A stretch of 64,000 bases of DNA, taken from positions 34,826 through 98,825 of the forward strand of contig CAZEMI010000266.1 of assembly GCA_964513235.1 (NCBI GenBank), given 5' to 3'. Below the pieces are notes generated by a model that worked only from the letters and a program-made list of their open reading frames with translations, was not told where the DNA came from and searched no databases. Each line of letters starts with the position of its first letter. Within the stretch, counting starts at the first letter, position 1. The translations under genes were made by a program, and so were the position numbers. Source of the DNA: an uncultured Acidobacterium sp. Its GTDB lineage: Bacteria > Acidobacteriota > Vicinamibacteria > Vicinamibacterales > UBA2999. Of this stretch, positions 63,607 through 64,000 are shown in pieces.

Positions 63607-64000
63607 CTACTTCCGATAGTCGAGCGGCGGCTTCCGATCCGCGACCCTGGTCGTGTACTTGAAGTTGGGGCCGCGGCGTTTGTTGAATTCCTCTCGCGCC
63701 TGCACCAGATGCGACGGGTCGGTGAACAGATCGATGGCAGTGAGGCTCATCGACTTGGCCGCCACGATCATGCCCTTGATGCCGATCGACGTGCCGCCGG
63801 CGGCCACCGCCTGCCAGCTATGCGCCGGCGTGCCCGGCACCCACGTCGCGGCGGTCAGCTGCACGGTGGGCACCCGCCAGCTCACGTCGCCGAGATCCGT
63901 CGAGGCGTTGCCGATGCCCGGCTCCGGTGCGAACACGCTATTGGCGCTGTCGATCGGCGGCAGCTCGCCATCGAGCGTTTTCCGGAGCGCGTCCGCGAAC
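63607..64000 (-). CDS. M20 family amidohydrolase (AbgB-like), C-terminal part; 5' end outside the window
   Basis: The frame stays open to base 64000. TDLGDVSWRVPTVQL...PGTPAHSWQAVAAGGTSIG.KGM..AAK is typical of M20D aminoacylases. Confidence 0.6.
   Translation of the reverse strand, partial: FADALRKTLDGELPPIDSANSVFAPEPGIGNASTDLGDVSWRVPTVQLTAATWVPGTPAHSWQAVAAGGTSIGIKGMIVAAKSMSLTAIDLFTDPSHLVQAREEFNKRRGPNFKYTTRVADRKPPLDYRK

Overview
The window is visibly GC-rich, with G/C-dominated third codon positions and many long antisense shadow ORFs. It is densely coding, with about 62 protein genes and one tRNA-Leu. I found no rRNA, CRISPR array, transposase or integrase. All family calls rest on motif recognition in the translations, because no database search was possible.

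**Likely taxon.** The gene content points to Acidobacteriota. It includes two tandem VWFA-related Acidobacterial-domain proteins and two ADOP-type duplicated permeases, one of them paired with PadR. It also has three Ser/Thr kinases with periplasmic, TPR or FGE modules, and many secreted or lipoprotein hypotheticals.

**Housekeeping genes present.** These are rex-moaC, an OPT transporter, plsC, carD, guaB, ispG, NDH-2, a molybdopterin oxidoreductase, an NCS2 purine permease, a YggX-like protein, a stand-alone LigD 3'-phosphoesterase and a VapBC module.

**Most notable observations.**
1. A B12-binding-domain radical SAM gene has an in-frame TGA followed by AEP, so the tail reads C-U-A-E-P. A SECIS-like hairpin follows the TGA. 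The extended ORF ends in an ATGA overlap with the downstream ATP-grasp ligase gene. I read this as a probable selenoprotein. It sits in a tight five-gene cluster: kinase-FGE-hydrolase fusion, alpha/beta hydrolase, POT transporter, radical SAM, ATP-grasp.
2. A two-gene module is tandemly duplicated. Each copy is a TPR Ser/Thr kinase plus a small partner protein with a shared YKY..DPE.E C-terminus.
3. Short oligonucleotide word repeats (7-, 8-, 9-, 28- and 36-bp units) occur at many gene boundaries and, in frame, inside several coding sequences. Some words recur at distant loci.
4. A HemN-like radical SAM gene, a flavin-halogenase-like gene and a thioesterase gene form a trio.
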